Shown here: piece by piece, positions 1-8,714 of the stretch
Position numbering within the stretch: the first letter of the stretch is position 1
Layout: each line of letters starts with the position of its first letter
Assembly (NCBI GenBank): GCA_036229005.1
Contig: JAZAMN010000004.1
Location: 115,902 to 179,901, forward strand
DNA from: Myxococcota bacterium
Lineage (GTDB): Bacteria > Myxococcota_A > UBA796 > CAJQPC01
Reading direction: 5' to 3'
Length of the DNA: 64,000 nucleotides
Notes under the pieces: generated by a model
Databases searched by the model: none
The model's input: only the letters and a program-made list of their open reading frames with translations
What the model was told of the DNA's origin: nothing
Program-made: the position numbers and the translations under genes

Positions 1-126
1 TTCAACGTGGATCCGGACTTCCAGGACTGCGTGGACGCGCTGATCCTGGTGGAGATGGACCGCATCCACCCCACCCGCCGGGCGCGCTTTGCGCCCAGCT
101 ACAGCGAGCAGCAGGCGATGTTCTGA
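1..126 (+). CDS. 3' end of putative hemolysin/GNAT-type N-acyltransferase (partial)
   Basis: Frame 1 reads FNVDPDFQDCVDALILVEMD...*, resembling the C-terminal FNVDPDF..C.D.LI motif of COG3176-type acyltransferases; truncated by window edge. Confidence 0.6.
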   Translation, partial: FNVDPDFQDCVDALILVEMDRIHPTRRARFAPSYSEQQAMF

Positions 127-141
127 GGGGGCGCTCGGGGC

Positions 142-555
142 TCAGGCCTCGAGCTGCTCGACCGCCAGGCGCACCAGGTCGGTGGCGCTGAGCATGCCCA
201 CCAGCTCGCCGTCGGGGTCGACGACGGGCAGGGCGCCCACGCGCAGCTCGAGCAGCTTGCGGGCGGCCTTGGACAGCTCCTGGGCGGAGTCCACGGTGAT
301 GACGTTGGGCGTCATGAACCAGTCGACGCTGCCCTCGAGCTGCCGGGGATCGATGTCCTCGACCCGCATGGAGCGGGCGTCGGGGCCCAGGGCCATCTTG
401 ATGTCCCGATCGGTGAGGATGCCGGCCAGGCTGCCGTCCTCCAGCACGGGGAGCTCGCGGAAGCCGTGCCGAGACATCAGCTCGACGGCCTGCTCGAGGG
501 TGGCATCGCTCGCGATGGAGACGGGGTTCTCGCTCATGAGATCGCGGACCAGCAT
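142..555 (-). CDS. CBS domain pair protein
   Basis: Two CBS motifs (VRDLMSENP...LPV...GILTDRD; FMTPNV...LPVVD...GMLSATD). Confidence 0.9.
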   Translation of the reverse strand: MLVRDLMSENPVSIASDATLEQAVELMSRHGFRELPVLEDGSLAGILTDRDIKMALGPDARSMRVEDIDPRQLEGSVDWFMTPNVITVDSAQELSKAARKLLELRVGALPVVDPDGELVGMLSATDLVRLAVEQLEA

Positions 556-620
556 GGGGGCCTCCTGTTTGAGGGAAACGTATTGCGGGCGGGGGCGGGA
601 GGCGACCGGAGGAGGGCCCG

Positions 621-2164
621 GGGGTATCCGAGGTCGGGTATCAGGTCTCGGTCGTCAGGCTGGGGCGGGGTCCGGCGGGGTCTCTGGGGCGATCGTGGAG
701 CTGCATTTGGATGCCCGGAGGCTCCGCGGCCCGGCCGCAGGCCTGGGCCCTCCCCGAGGCGCTTCCCCAAGTCGGCTGCCACCACCGCCGGCCCCAACTC
801 CTACGTCATCGGCGGTCGCCGGTCGCCGGTGGCCGGTCGCCGCGCCCACCCCGATACCCGATACCTGACTCCTGATACCCCCGCGGCCTCCGAGCCCGGA
901 GCCGGGGCGGGGTGTCAGGTATCGGGTATCAGGTCTCAGTCATCGCGCTGGTGCGGGCTCCGGTGGGGTCTCTGGGGCGAGCCTGGAGCTGCATTTGGAT
1001 GCCCGGAGCCGCGTGGCCCGGCCGCAGGCCTGGGCCCTCCCCGAGGCGCCTCCCCGAGTCGGGTGCCACCACCGCCGGCACCCACGCCTACGTTATCGGC
1101 GGTCGCCGGTCGCCTGTGGCCGGCCGCCGCGCCCACCCCGATACCCGCTACCGGACTCCGGATACCCCCCCCGGCCCCCGAGCCCGGAGCCGGGGCGGGG
1201 TGTCAGGTCTCGGGTATCAGGTCTCGGTCATCACGCTGGTGCGGGCTCCGGCGGGGTCACCCGGGCGCTCCGTGGCCCGGCCGTAGGCCTGGGCCCTCCC
1301 CGAGGCGTCTCCCCAAGTCGGCTGCCACCACCGCCGGCCCCCACGCCTACGTCATCGGCGGTCGCCGGTCGCCGGTGGCCGGTCGCCGCGCCCACCCCAA
1401 TACCCGATACCTGACTCCTGATACCCCCCGCGGCCTCCGAGTCCGGAGCCGGGGCGGGGTGTCAGGTATCGGGTATCAGGTCTCAGTCCTCACGCTGGTG
1501 CGGGCTCCGGCGGGGTCTCTGGGGCGAGCCTGGAGCTGCATTTGGATGCTCCGGGGGCCGCGTGGCCCGGCCGCAGGCCTGGGCCCTCCCCGAGGCGCCT
1601 CCCCAAGTCGGCCGCCACCACCGCCGACCCCAACGCCTACGTCATCGCCGGTCGCCGGTCGCCGGTGGCCGGTCGCCGCGCCCACCCCGATACCTGACTC
1701 CTGATACCCCCGCGGCCTTGGAGCCCGGAGCCGGGGCGGGGTGTCAGGTATCGGGTCTCAGGTCTCGGTCATCACGCTGGTGCGGGCTCCGGCGGTGGCT
1801 TTGGGGCGAGCCTGGAGCTGCATTTGGACACCCGCAGGCTCCGTGGCCCGGCCGCAGGCCTGGGCCCTCCCCGAGGCGCCTCCCCAAGTCGGCTGCCACC
1901 ACCGCCGGCCCCCACGGCTACGTCATCGGCGGTCGCCGGTCGCCGGTGGCCGGTCGCCGCCCCCACCCCGATACCCGATACCTGACTCCTGATACCCCCG
2001 CGGCGTTCGAGCCCGGAGCCGGGGCGCCCCTCCCCGAGGCGCCTCCCCAAGTCGGCTGCCACCACCGCCGGCACCCACTCAGACGTCATCGGCGGTCGCC
2101 GGTCGCCGGTCGCCGCGCCCACCCCGATACCCGATACCCGATACCCGACCTCCGATACCCGGCC
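621..2164. repeat. Tandem array of ~5.5 units (~260-290 bp), each bounded by ~22-bp inverted ends built from GGTATCG/GGTATCA heptamers (MITE-like)
   Basis: Unit starts ~623, 912, 1200, 1459, 1741 plus a partial unit; left end GTGTCAGGTATCGGGTATCAGG vs right end CCCGATACCCGATACCTGACTC. Confidence 0.9.
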
Positions 2165-2167
2165 TCG

Positions 2168-3085
2168 CTACTCCGCCTGCGTCTGAAGCTGATGCACCTG
2201 TCCTCGCTCGCGGGCCAGGTTGATCTGCTTCTGTCGCTCACGGAAGGAGGCGCGTTGGTGATCCGACAAGCTCCGAGCGCAGTGGGCGCAGCTCACCCCC
2301 TCCTCGTAGTCCGGGTGCAGACGGTCCTGGGCGCCCAGCGGCCAGCGACAGCCACCGCAGAGGCACCAGTCACCGGGCTCCAGGTCGTGGTTCAGGGCGA
2401 TGCGCCGGTCAAAGACGAAGCACTCGCCCTCCCAGTTGCTCTGTTGGGCCGGGGTCTGCTCCAGGTAGCGCAGGATGCCGCCCTCCAGGTGGAACACCTT
2501 CTCGAAGCCCTGGGCCTTCATCCAGGCGGTCGCGCGCTCGCAGCGGATGCCGCCGGTGCAGAACATGGCGATGTTCTTGCCCTCGAGCTGCTCGCGGTGG
2601 TCCTGGATCCACTGGGGGAAGGCGCGGAAGCTCTCGATGTCCGGGTCGATTGCGCCCTTGAAGGTGCCGATGGCGACCTCGTAGTCGTTGCGCGTGTCGA
2701 TCAGCACGGTGTCGGGGTCGGCCAGCAGGGCGTCCCACTCCCGCGGCGGCAGGTAGGTGCCCACGCCCTGGAGCGGGTCGGCGTCGGGCACGCCCATGGT
2801 CACGATCTCCTGCTTGATGCGCACCTTCATGCGGGCAAAGGGGGCCTGGTGTGCGTGGCTCTCCTTGTGCTGCAGGTCGGCGAACCCGGGGATCGCGCGC
2901 AGCCAGTCCAGCACGGCCTGGATCCCCTCTGGCGGACCGGAGATGGTGCCGTTGAGGCCCTCGCGCGCGAGCAGGAGGATCCCCCGCACGCCCTGCGCCT
3001 GACAGTGCGCCAGCAAGGGCGCCCGCAGGGCCTCGGGGTCGGGGATGGGGTGGAACTTGTAGAGGGCGGCGACCAGATGCGACAT
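2168..3085 (-). CDS. trhO: Rhodanese-domain tRNA U34 hydroxylase TrhO (YceA)
   Basis: ALYKF, GILLLAREGLNGTISG, IDTRNDYE..IGTF, FCTGGIRCE, LEGGILRY, GECFVFD.R motifs. Confidence 0.92.
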   Translation of the reverse strand: MSHLVAALYKFHPIPDPEALRAPLLAHCQAQGVRGILLLAREGLNGTISGPPEGIQAVLDWLRAIPGFADLQHKESHAHQAPFARMKVRIKQEIVTMGVPDADPLQGVGTYLPPREWDALLADPDTVLIDTRNDYEVAIGTFKGAIDPDIESFRAFPQWIQDHREQLEGKNIAMFCTGGIRCERATAWMKAQGFEKVFHLEGGILRYLEQTPAQQSNWEGECFVFDRRIALNHDLEPGDWCLCGGCRWPLGAQDRLHPDYEEGVSCAHCARSLSDHQRASFRERQKQINLARERGQVHQLQTQAE

Positions 3086-3107
3086 GCTCGCGGGATAAAC
3101 GGATCCC

Positions 3108-3635
3108 ATGCCTCCGACCACACCCGATGGCGACGATCGCGCCTACACAGATGCCGTGGACTTCCCCGAGTCCGTGACCCTGCACCCGGTGGCCGTGGTG
3201 CGCTCGCCCTTCGCCCAGCGCCACGGGACCCCGCGCCAGCCCGGCTTTGACGGCCCCAAGGAGTTCGGCGAGGGCCTGGGCCAGGTGGAGCTGCTCCCCA
3301 GCGTGAACCCCCTGGTGCTGCAGGATCTCGCCGGCTTCGACCGCATCTGGCTGCTGACCTGGCTGCACCTGAACGGCCCCGGCGGCCGCCCCCTGGTGCG
3401 CCCCCCTCGCGGTGGCCCCAAGCGCGGCCTCTTCGCCACCCGAGCGCCCCACCGCCCCAACCCCCTGGCCCTGTCCTGCGTCGAGCTGCTCGGCGTCGAG
3501 GGCCGCATCCTGCAGGTCCGCGGCCTGGACCTGCTCGACGGGACCCCGGTGCTGGACATCAAGCCCTACATCCCCACGTTCGACGCCCACCCCGACGCGA
3601 GCTCCGGCTGGCTCGCGGACTCGCTGGAGGACTGA
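3108..3635 (+). CDS. tsaA: tRNA m6t6A37 methyltransferase TrmO/TsaA
   Basis: GLFATRAPHRPNPLALS and GLDLLDGTPVLDIKPY signatures. Confidence 0.92.
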   Translation: MPPTTPDGDDRAYTDAVDFPESVTLHPVAVVRSPFAQRHGTPRQPGFDGPKEFGEGLGQVELLPSVNPLVLQDLAGFDRIWLLTWLHLNGPGGRPLVRPPRGGPKRGLFATRAPHRPNPLALSCVELLGVEGRILQVRGLDLLDGTPVLDIKPYIPTFDAHPDASSGWLADSLED

Positions 3636-4223
3636 GTGCGCGCCCAAGCCAAGGCCCAGACCCGCGCCCGCATCCTGGCCCATGCCCGCAGCCTCTTCGC
3701 CGAGCGTGGCTTCCAGGGCACCACCATCTCGGCCATCGCCAAGGCCGCGCAGGTGTCGGTGGGCAGCGTGCACGCCCACTTCGAGGACAAGGACACCCTG
3801 CTGGCCTTCGCCTTCCACGCCGACCTGGACGAGCGGATCGCCCAGGGCTGGCTGCGGGCAGAGGACCTCGCCGACCCCATCGAGCGGCTGCTGGCTCCGG
3901 TCACCGCGCTGCTGGAGTGGTATGCCCAGGACCCCGAGCTGGCCCGGGATCTCGTCTCCCGGAGCCTCTTCGTGAAGGGGGAGGCGCGGGCCGCGTTCGA
4001 CGCGCAGATCGCCGGGTTCACCGCCCGGGTCGCGGGGGAGCTCCACACCGCGCAGGACTGCGGCCACATCGGCGAGGACATCCCGGTGCAGCTCGCCGCC
4101 CACGGCTTCATGGCCGACTACTTCGCCACGCTGCTGGGCGGACTCCGCGAGGATGAGCTCCTGGTCCAAGAGCTCGTGGGCCAGCTCCGGGCGCTCACCC
4201 GGCTGCGCTGCGGGCTGCGCTAG
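3636..4223 (+). CDS. TetR/AcrR family transcriptional regulator
   Basis: N-terminal HTH ILAHARSLFAERGFQGTTISAIAKAAQVSVGSVHAHFEDK. Confidence 0.9.
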   Translation: MRAQAKAQTRARILAHARSLFAERGFQGTTISAIAKAAQVSVGSVHAHFEDKDTLLAFAFHADLDERIAQGWLRAEDLADPIERLLAPVTALLEWYAQDPELARDLVSRSLFVKGEARAAFDAQIAGFTARVAGELHTAQDCGHIGEDIPVQLAAHGFMADYFATLLGGLREDELLVQELVGQLRALTRLRCGLR

Positions 4224-4282
4224 GGCCCCAGACAGGGTTTCGGGGGGCGGCGCCTTGATGGGGAGGGGAGCTCGGATTAGAA

Positions 4283-4310
4283 AATGAATGTATTCATTGA
4301 ATAGATTCAA
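4283..4310. promoter_or_regulatory. Two overlapping palindromic operators TGAAT-NN-ATTCA (candidate TetR sites)
   Basis: AATGAATgtATTCATT (4283-4298) and TTGAATagATTCAA (4297-4310) in an AT-rich patch just upstream of the monooxygenase RBS. Confidence 0.65.
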
Positions 4311-4322
4311 GAGGGAGCCATC

Positions 4323-5417
4323 ATGCACGCCTTGGTCTCAGGAGCCGGCATCGCCGGACTCAGCTTCGCCGCCGCCATGCTTCGTCTGGGCCACCGGGTC
4401 ACGCTGGTGGAGCAGGCCCCGGAGCTCCGGGCGGTGGGGGCGGGGATCGTGCTGGCGGCCAACGCGACCGCTTGCCTCTCCTGGGCGGGGATCCCGCTGG
4501 AGGGCCTGGGACGGCCGGTCGGGGGCTTCCGGATCCAGGACCTGCAGGGCCGCAGCCTGGGGGAGACGCTGGAGCTGCCGGGCGGGCACCCGACGCTCTC
4601 GGTGGACCGGGGCGTGCTGCTCGCGCACCTGGCGGCCCACGCAGCGGGTGCAGAGCTGCGCTTTGGACAGCGGATCGTGGACCTCGCTGGGGCCCAGGTG
4701 ACGCTGGAGGATGGGAGCACCCTGACGCCGGATGTTGTGGTCGGCGCGGACGGACTGCGCTCCGGCCTCCGCTCCCTGGTCCTGCCCCCGGGGACGGGCC
4801 CGCAGGTGGTGGACTCGGGGCAGGTCTGTTGGCGCGGGCTCTTCCCCACGCAGCCCTCCACGCCGCCGGATCCGGTCGAGTACTGGGGGCGGGGCTCCCG
4901 GGCCGGGCTGGTCCCGCTGGGCCAGGGGCGGGGCTACCTCTACCTGGTCGAGAACGGCGACGGGGAGGGGATGGACGGCCGATTTGGCGACTACCCTGTG
5001 GCCGTGCGGGAGGCCATCGCGGCGGTCTCCAGCTTCCACAAGGACGCGCTGATGGCCGTCGAGCCCCACTGCTTTGTGCGCGACGGGGTGTTCTTCCTGG
5101 GGGACGCGGCCCACGCCCTGACGCCGAACATGGGCCAGGGGGCCTGCATGGCGATCGAGGACGCGGTGCTGCTCGCGGCGCTCCTGGACCAAGACGCCAC
5201 GACGGCTGCGCAGCGCTACCCCAGCCTACGGCGGGAGCGGGTGCGCTGGGTGGCGGACAGCTCGGAACGCATCGGGCGGGTGGGGCAGTGGGAGGGCGGG
5301 CTGGCTTGTGGGCTGCGGGACCTGGTCATGCGCACGACGCCCAAGCGGGTGGGGCAGCAGGTAGCGGCGCGGCTGTGGACCGGCTCGCCGGTAGCCAAGG
5401 GGGAGCTGGGCTCATAG
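4323..5417 (+). CDS. FAD-dependent monooxygenase (aromatic-ring hydroxylase family)
   Basis: GAGIAG Rossmann, VVGADG, LGDAAHALTPNMGQGACMAIEDA. Confidence 0.92.
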   Translation: MHALVSGAGIAGLSFAAAMLRLGHRVTLVEQAPELRAVGAGIVLAANATACLSWAGIPLEGLGRPVGGFRIQDLQGRSLGETLELPGGHPTLSVDRGVLLAHLAAHAAGAELRFGQRIVDLAGAQVTLEDGSTLTPDVVVGADGLRSGLRSLVLPPGTGPQVVDSGQVCWRGLFPTQPSTPPDPVEYWGRGSRAGLVPLGQGRGYLYLVENGDGEGMDGRFGDYPVAVREAIAAVSSFHKDALMAVEPHCFVRDGVFFLGDAAHALTPNMGQGACMAIEDAVLLAALLDQDATTAAQRYPSLRRERVRWVADSSERIGRVGQWEGGLACGLRDLVMRTTPKRVGQQVAARLWTGSPVAKGELGS

Positions 5418-5445
5418 GATCCGGGCGTTGACCTTGGAGTCTTGG

Positions 5446-6096
5446 ATGAGTGAGCAGCCTTCCTTTGAGCACCTGGAGCGCCACCAGCGCGACCTGGACG
5501 CGTACCGCAGCAACGTCCGGAACAGCGCGGAGGTCCGCTTCGGCCCCGGCTGGTGGGGCCCCTGGGACCAGTACGTCGACCTGCCCGAGGGCGGCCACAT
5601 CGTCGATCTGGGCTGCGGCCCGGGCACCCTGTTGGGCCGGCTGCGCGCCCGAAACCCCAAGGCCCGGCTCACGGGCGTGGAGCTCCACCCCGCGCTGCTG
5701 GAGGAGGCCCAGCAGCACCTCGCCGACGCCCAGGTCAGCTTGATCCAGGGCGATCTGGCGGTCCCGGTGGTGATCCCCGATGCCTCGGTGGACGTGGTGG
5801 TCTCCTCCCTCTCCTTCCACGAGCTCCCGCACCCCCCGCACCTGCTGGAGAACGCCGCGCGCATCCTCAAGCCGGGCGGCACGCTGGTGCTCTTCGACAT
5901 CGTGAAGTGGCCGCTGTCCGCGTACATGCAGGGCAAGGAGCTCACCCCGGACACGTTGGACCACTACCGCGAGCACTGCCTGTTCTCGCCCGAAGATCTG
6001 GCCTGGCTGGTGCAGGCCCACGGGCTGGAGGTGCAGGAGGTGTTCACGCGGCACTCGGGCAGGTTCGCCTACCTCTTCGCCCAGAAGCCCGCGTAG
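5446..6096 (+). CDS. Class I SAM-dependent methyltransferase
   Basis: IVDLGCGPG motif I; ARILKPGG. Confidence 0.88.
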   Translation: MSEQPSFEHLERHQRDLDAYRSNVRNSAEVRFGPGWWGPWDQYVDLPEGGHIVDLGCGPGTLLGRLRARNPKARLTGVELHPALLEEAQQHLADAQVSLIQGDLAVPVVIPDASVDVVVSSLSFHELPHPPHLLENAARILKPGGTLVLFDIVKWPLSAYMQGKELTPDTLDHYREHCLFSPEDLAWLVQAHGLEVQEVFTRHSGRFAYLFAQKPA

Positions 6097-6138
6097 ATCC
6101 CGGCCCACCGTCCATCGACGAGGACAGGCTGAGCGCGC

Positions 6139-6798
6139 TCACCCGAAGCGCGCCCGGGCGCCCGCCCACAGGGTCTCGAGCTGGCTGCGGTACATGGGCC
6201 CGATGGCCTGGGGGCTGCTCTGGGCCAGCAGCAGGGGCACCCCAAAGAAGATGGACGCGGCCGCCAAGGTCAGCTCCATCACGGGGGTGTCCGGGGGGAG
6301 CTCGCCGGCCTGGATGGCCTGGGTGATCCACAGGGGGAGCAGCTCGCCGAGGCCCTGGTCGGACACGGTGGCGGCCTTGGGGTGGTCGTCCAGCCAGAGC
6401 AGGCGCTCGACCAGCTCTACGGGGGGCGTCTGCGTGCCCTGGGTCCACCGGGCCTGGTGGGCGATCAGGCTGAGCATGACGCGCGGGTGCTCCTGGACCT
6501 GCTCGGCGCTGGCCGCGTAGAAGGCGTGGATGCTCTCCAGGGGCCCGAGCTGGGCGCTCTGGAGGGCCACGACCCCCATGCGCAGGCTCCAGAGCTGCAC
6601 AAAGTGTGTGAGCAGGTCCGGCTTGGTGGGGAAGTAGTTGAAGAAGGTGGGCTGGGAGATCTCGGCGGCCTCGCAGAGCTCGCGGACGGGGATGTCCTCC
6701 AGCTCGCGCTCGCTCAGGCGGGGCACCAGGGCCTCCACCAGAGCGACGCGGGTCTTGGCGCGGTTTCGGTCGCGGAGGCCGTGGTCCATGAATCGCAT
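6139..6798 (-). CDS. TetR/AcrR family transcriptional regulator
   Basis: LRDRNRAKTR...IPVRELCEAAEISQPTFFNYFPTK HTH; start trimmed to ATG 6798 (6789 possible). Confidence 0.88.
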   Translation of the reverse strand: MRFMDHGLRDRNRAKTRVALVEALVPRLSERELEDIPVRELCEAAEISQPTFFNYFPTKPDLLTHFVQLWSLRMGVVALQSAQLGPLESIHAFYAASAEQVQEHPRVMLSLIAHQARWTQGTQTPPVELVERLLWLDDHPKAATVSDQGLGELLPLWITQAIQAGELPPDTPVMELTLAAASIFFGVPLLLAQSSPQAIGPMYRSQLETLWAGARARFG

Positions 6799-6814
6799 TC
6801 CGGCAATGTAGGGC

Positions 6815-7447
6815 TCAGAGCCAGAGGGTGCACCCCACCCCGAAGAACATCGGGGCGGTCCGGCTCCCGCCGCGCCAGGGGGTGTCCAGTCCGGCCCGGG
6901 CGCTGAGCTCCACGCCGTCGCTGACCCGGCGCGCGCCCTGCACGGCCACGGACGCGAGGCCCCCGCTGGGCCCGTACCAGGCGGCGCTGGCGTCCGGGTG
7001 GTCCCGCACCCAGGCCTCCTGCGGGCGGAGCTGGCTGACCAGGTTGGCCGAGCCGCCCAGCTCCAGGGCCACAAAGCCCCGCTCCCACCGCGCCCCGGCG
7101 ATGGCCTGGGCGTGCAGCGAGAGGGTCTCCCCGGCGATCAGCGTCCCCGACAGGTGCTGCTCCCGAGCGGCCACGCGCCCGTCCACAAAGAAGCGCTCGC
7201 CCCGGGCGATGGGGGTGCGCGCGGACAGCTCCAGGCGGTGGTCGGCGCCCTCCAGCAGGAACACGGGCACCGTGAGGGTGGCGCCCAGGCTCAGGGGCCG
7301 GCTGGGCAGGCTGCGGGTGTGCAGGACGCCCGCGCTGGCGGTGGCCAGCGGCTCGCCGCCGACGCTGAGCAGGGCGCGGGTTCCGGGGTCGGTGGGCGGA
7401 AGGGTGACCTCGACGGCGGAGGCCATTGCGACCAGGGCGAGCCACAT
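6815..7447 (-). CDS. Hypothetical exported protein (possible beta-barrel)
   Basis: Signal peptide MWLALVAMASA; TGATG overlap with upstream hydrolase; amphipathic C-terminus. Confidence 0.6.
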   Translation of the reverse strand: MWLALVAMASAVEVTLPPTDPGTRALLSVGGEPLATASAGVLHTRSLPSRPLSLGATLTVPVFLLEGADHRLELSARTPIARGERFFVDGRVAAREQHLSGTLIAGETLSLHAQAIAGARWERGFVALELGGSANLVSQLRPQEAWVRDHPDASAAWYGPSGGLASVAVQGARRVSDGVELSARAGLDTPWRGGSRTAPMFFGVGCTLWL

Positions 7448-8346
7448 CACAGCACCCCCAGGAGGTGAGCCACGACGGCGTCGGCGGCCACCCAGACCGC
7501 ATCGTGCCCGACCCCCTCCAGCGTGAGGACCTGCGGGTCCGAGAAGGGGGCGGCCTGCTCGGCGCGATAGTCGGCGTCCATGATCTCGTTGTCGTCGCCC
7601 CAGATCAGGTGGACGGGGGCGGGCAGCGTGTCCAGGCCCTCGCGGAAGTCCCAGCCGCTGGCCTGCGCGGCGCCGATGGTGTCGACGTAGCCCTGGTAGC
7701 CCATGCGCACGAAGGGCATGGGGTCGTCGGGAGAGAAGTTGTAGCCGGGGAGCTGGTCGCTCATGAGCTGGGCGAAGTTGAGGTCCAGGTGGGCGTGCCG
7801 GTCCGGGGTCAGCATCTGCTCCTGCCAGAACAGGGAGTTGAGGTGATCGGAGCGCATGTCGATCTCGGTCAACCCCATGGTCATGAACAGGGCGTCCGTG
7901 AACGGGCCGGGATCGAGCAGCACCAGCGAGGACACCGTGTCCGGGTGGGCCTGGGCGCTGGCGACGGCGAGCTGACCACCCCAGGAGTGGCCGATCAGCA
8001 CGGCCTGGCCATCGGGGCTGTACGCCGCGATGAGGTCCTGGAGGTCCTGCACGTGGAGCTCGGCGTCCACGCTGCCGGCGTCGTGGCGCTCGGACAGGCC
8101 GGCCCCGCGCTGGTCGTAGATCAGGACCTGGAAGCCGTGCTCGCTCAGGGCGCCCAGGCGCGCCATCCCGAACTGGTCCATGCCGGGACCGCCGTGGAGC
8201 AGCACGACCAGCGGGTCGGCGGGGTCGCCCAGGAGCTGGCCGTGGAGGGTGGTGTCGGCGAGGGTCAGGCGGGGGAGGGTGGGGTCCTCTGCGACGGTGG
8301 GCGGGACCAGGGTCTGGGTGCTTGTGCAGGCCATCAGGAGCAGCAT
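7447..8346 (-). CDS. Alpha/beta hydrolase (proline iminopeptidase-like), probable lipoprotein
   Basis: LLHGGPG, YDQRGAG, GHSWGG nucleophile elbow; MLLLMAC lipobox-like start. Confidence 0.88.
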   Translation of the reverse strand: MLLLMACTSTQTLVPPTVAEDPTLPRLTLADTTLHGQLLGDPADPLVVLLHGGPGMDQFGMARLGALSEHGFQVLIYDQRGAGLSERHDAGSVDAELHVQDLQDLIAAYSPDGQAVLIGHSWGGQLAVASAQAHPDTVSSLVLLDPGPFTDALFMTMGLTEIDMRSDHLNSLFWQEQMLTPDRHAHLDLNFAQLMSDQLPGYNFSPDDPMPFVRMGYQGYVDTIGAAQASGWDFREGLDTLPAPVHLIWGDDNEIMDADYRAEQAAPFSDPQVLTLEGVGHDAVWVAADAVVAHLLGVL

Positions 8347-8423
8347 GGTGAGAATCCTTGGGTGGACTCTAAATATAGTGAGCATAAAAAATATAGCAAG
8401 GTACAAAATTGGGAGAGATCGGG

Positions 8424-8692
8424 GCGCAAGTGGGGGCGAACGCACGCGCTCGCTGCGCAAGTGGGGTCGAACGCACACACTCGCTGCGCAAGTGGGCGCC
8501 AACGCACACACTCGCTGCGCAAGTGAGCTCCAACGCAACAGAGCGACCCCCAAAGCTGCGTGGAAGGGGCGGCGCTGTTGCGTTCAGCCCAACTTGCGCG
8601 CGGCGCTGTTGCGTTCAGCCCGACTTGCGCACGGGCCTGTTGCGTTCAGCCCGACTTGCGCGCGGGTCTGTTGCGTTCAGCCTGACTTGCGC
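8424..8692. repeat. 31-bp-period convergent repeat module A (4 forward + 37 bp + 4 inverted)
   Basis: Motif GCGCAAGT-N6-(G)AACGCA(AC) at 8424/8455/8486/8517; inverted copies at 8577/8608/8639/8670. Confidence 0.92.
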
Positions 8693-8714
8693 GCGGCCTC
8701 CCCCCAAAGGGAGC

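Noticed and set aside
466..2165. Long ORFs across the tandem array (e.g. 466-1704, 1562-3250)
   Set aside because: Translations only mirror the DNA repeat; open frames are expected at this GC content and no domain is recognisable
8365..8410. AT-rich AAATATAG direct repeat as TetR operator
   Set aside because: Plausible promoter region, but symmetry too weak to call a site
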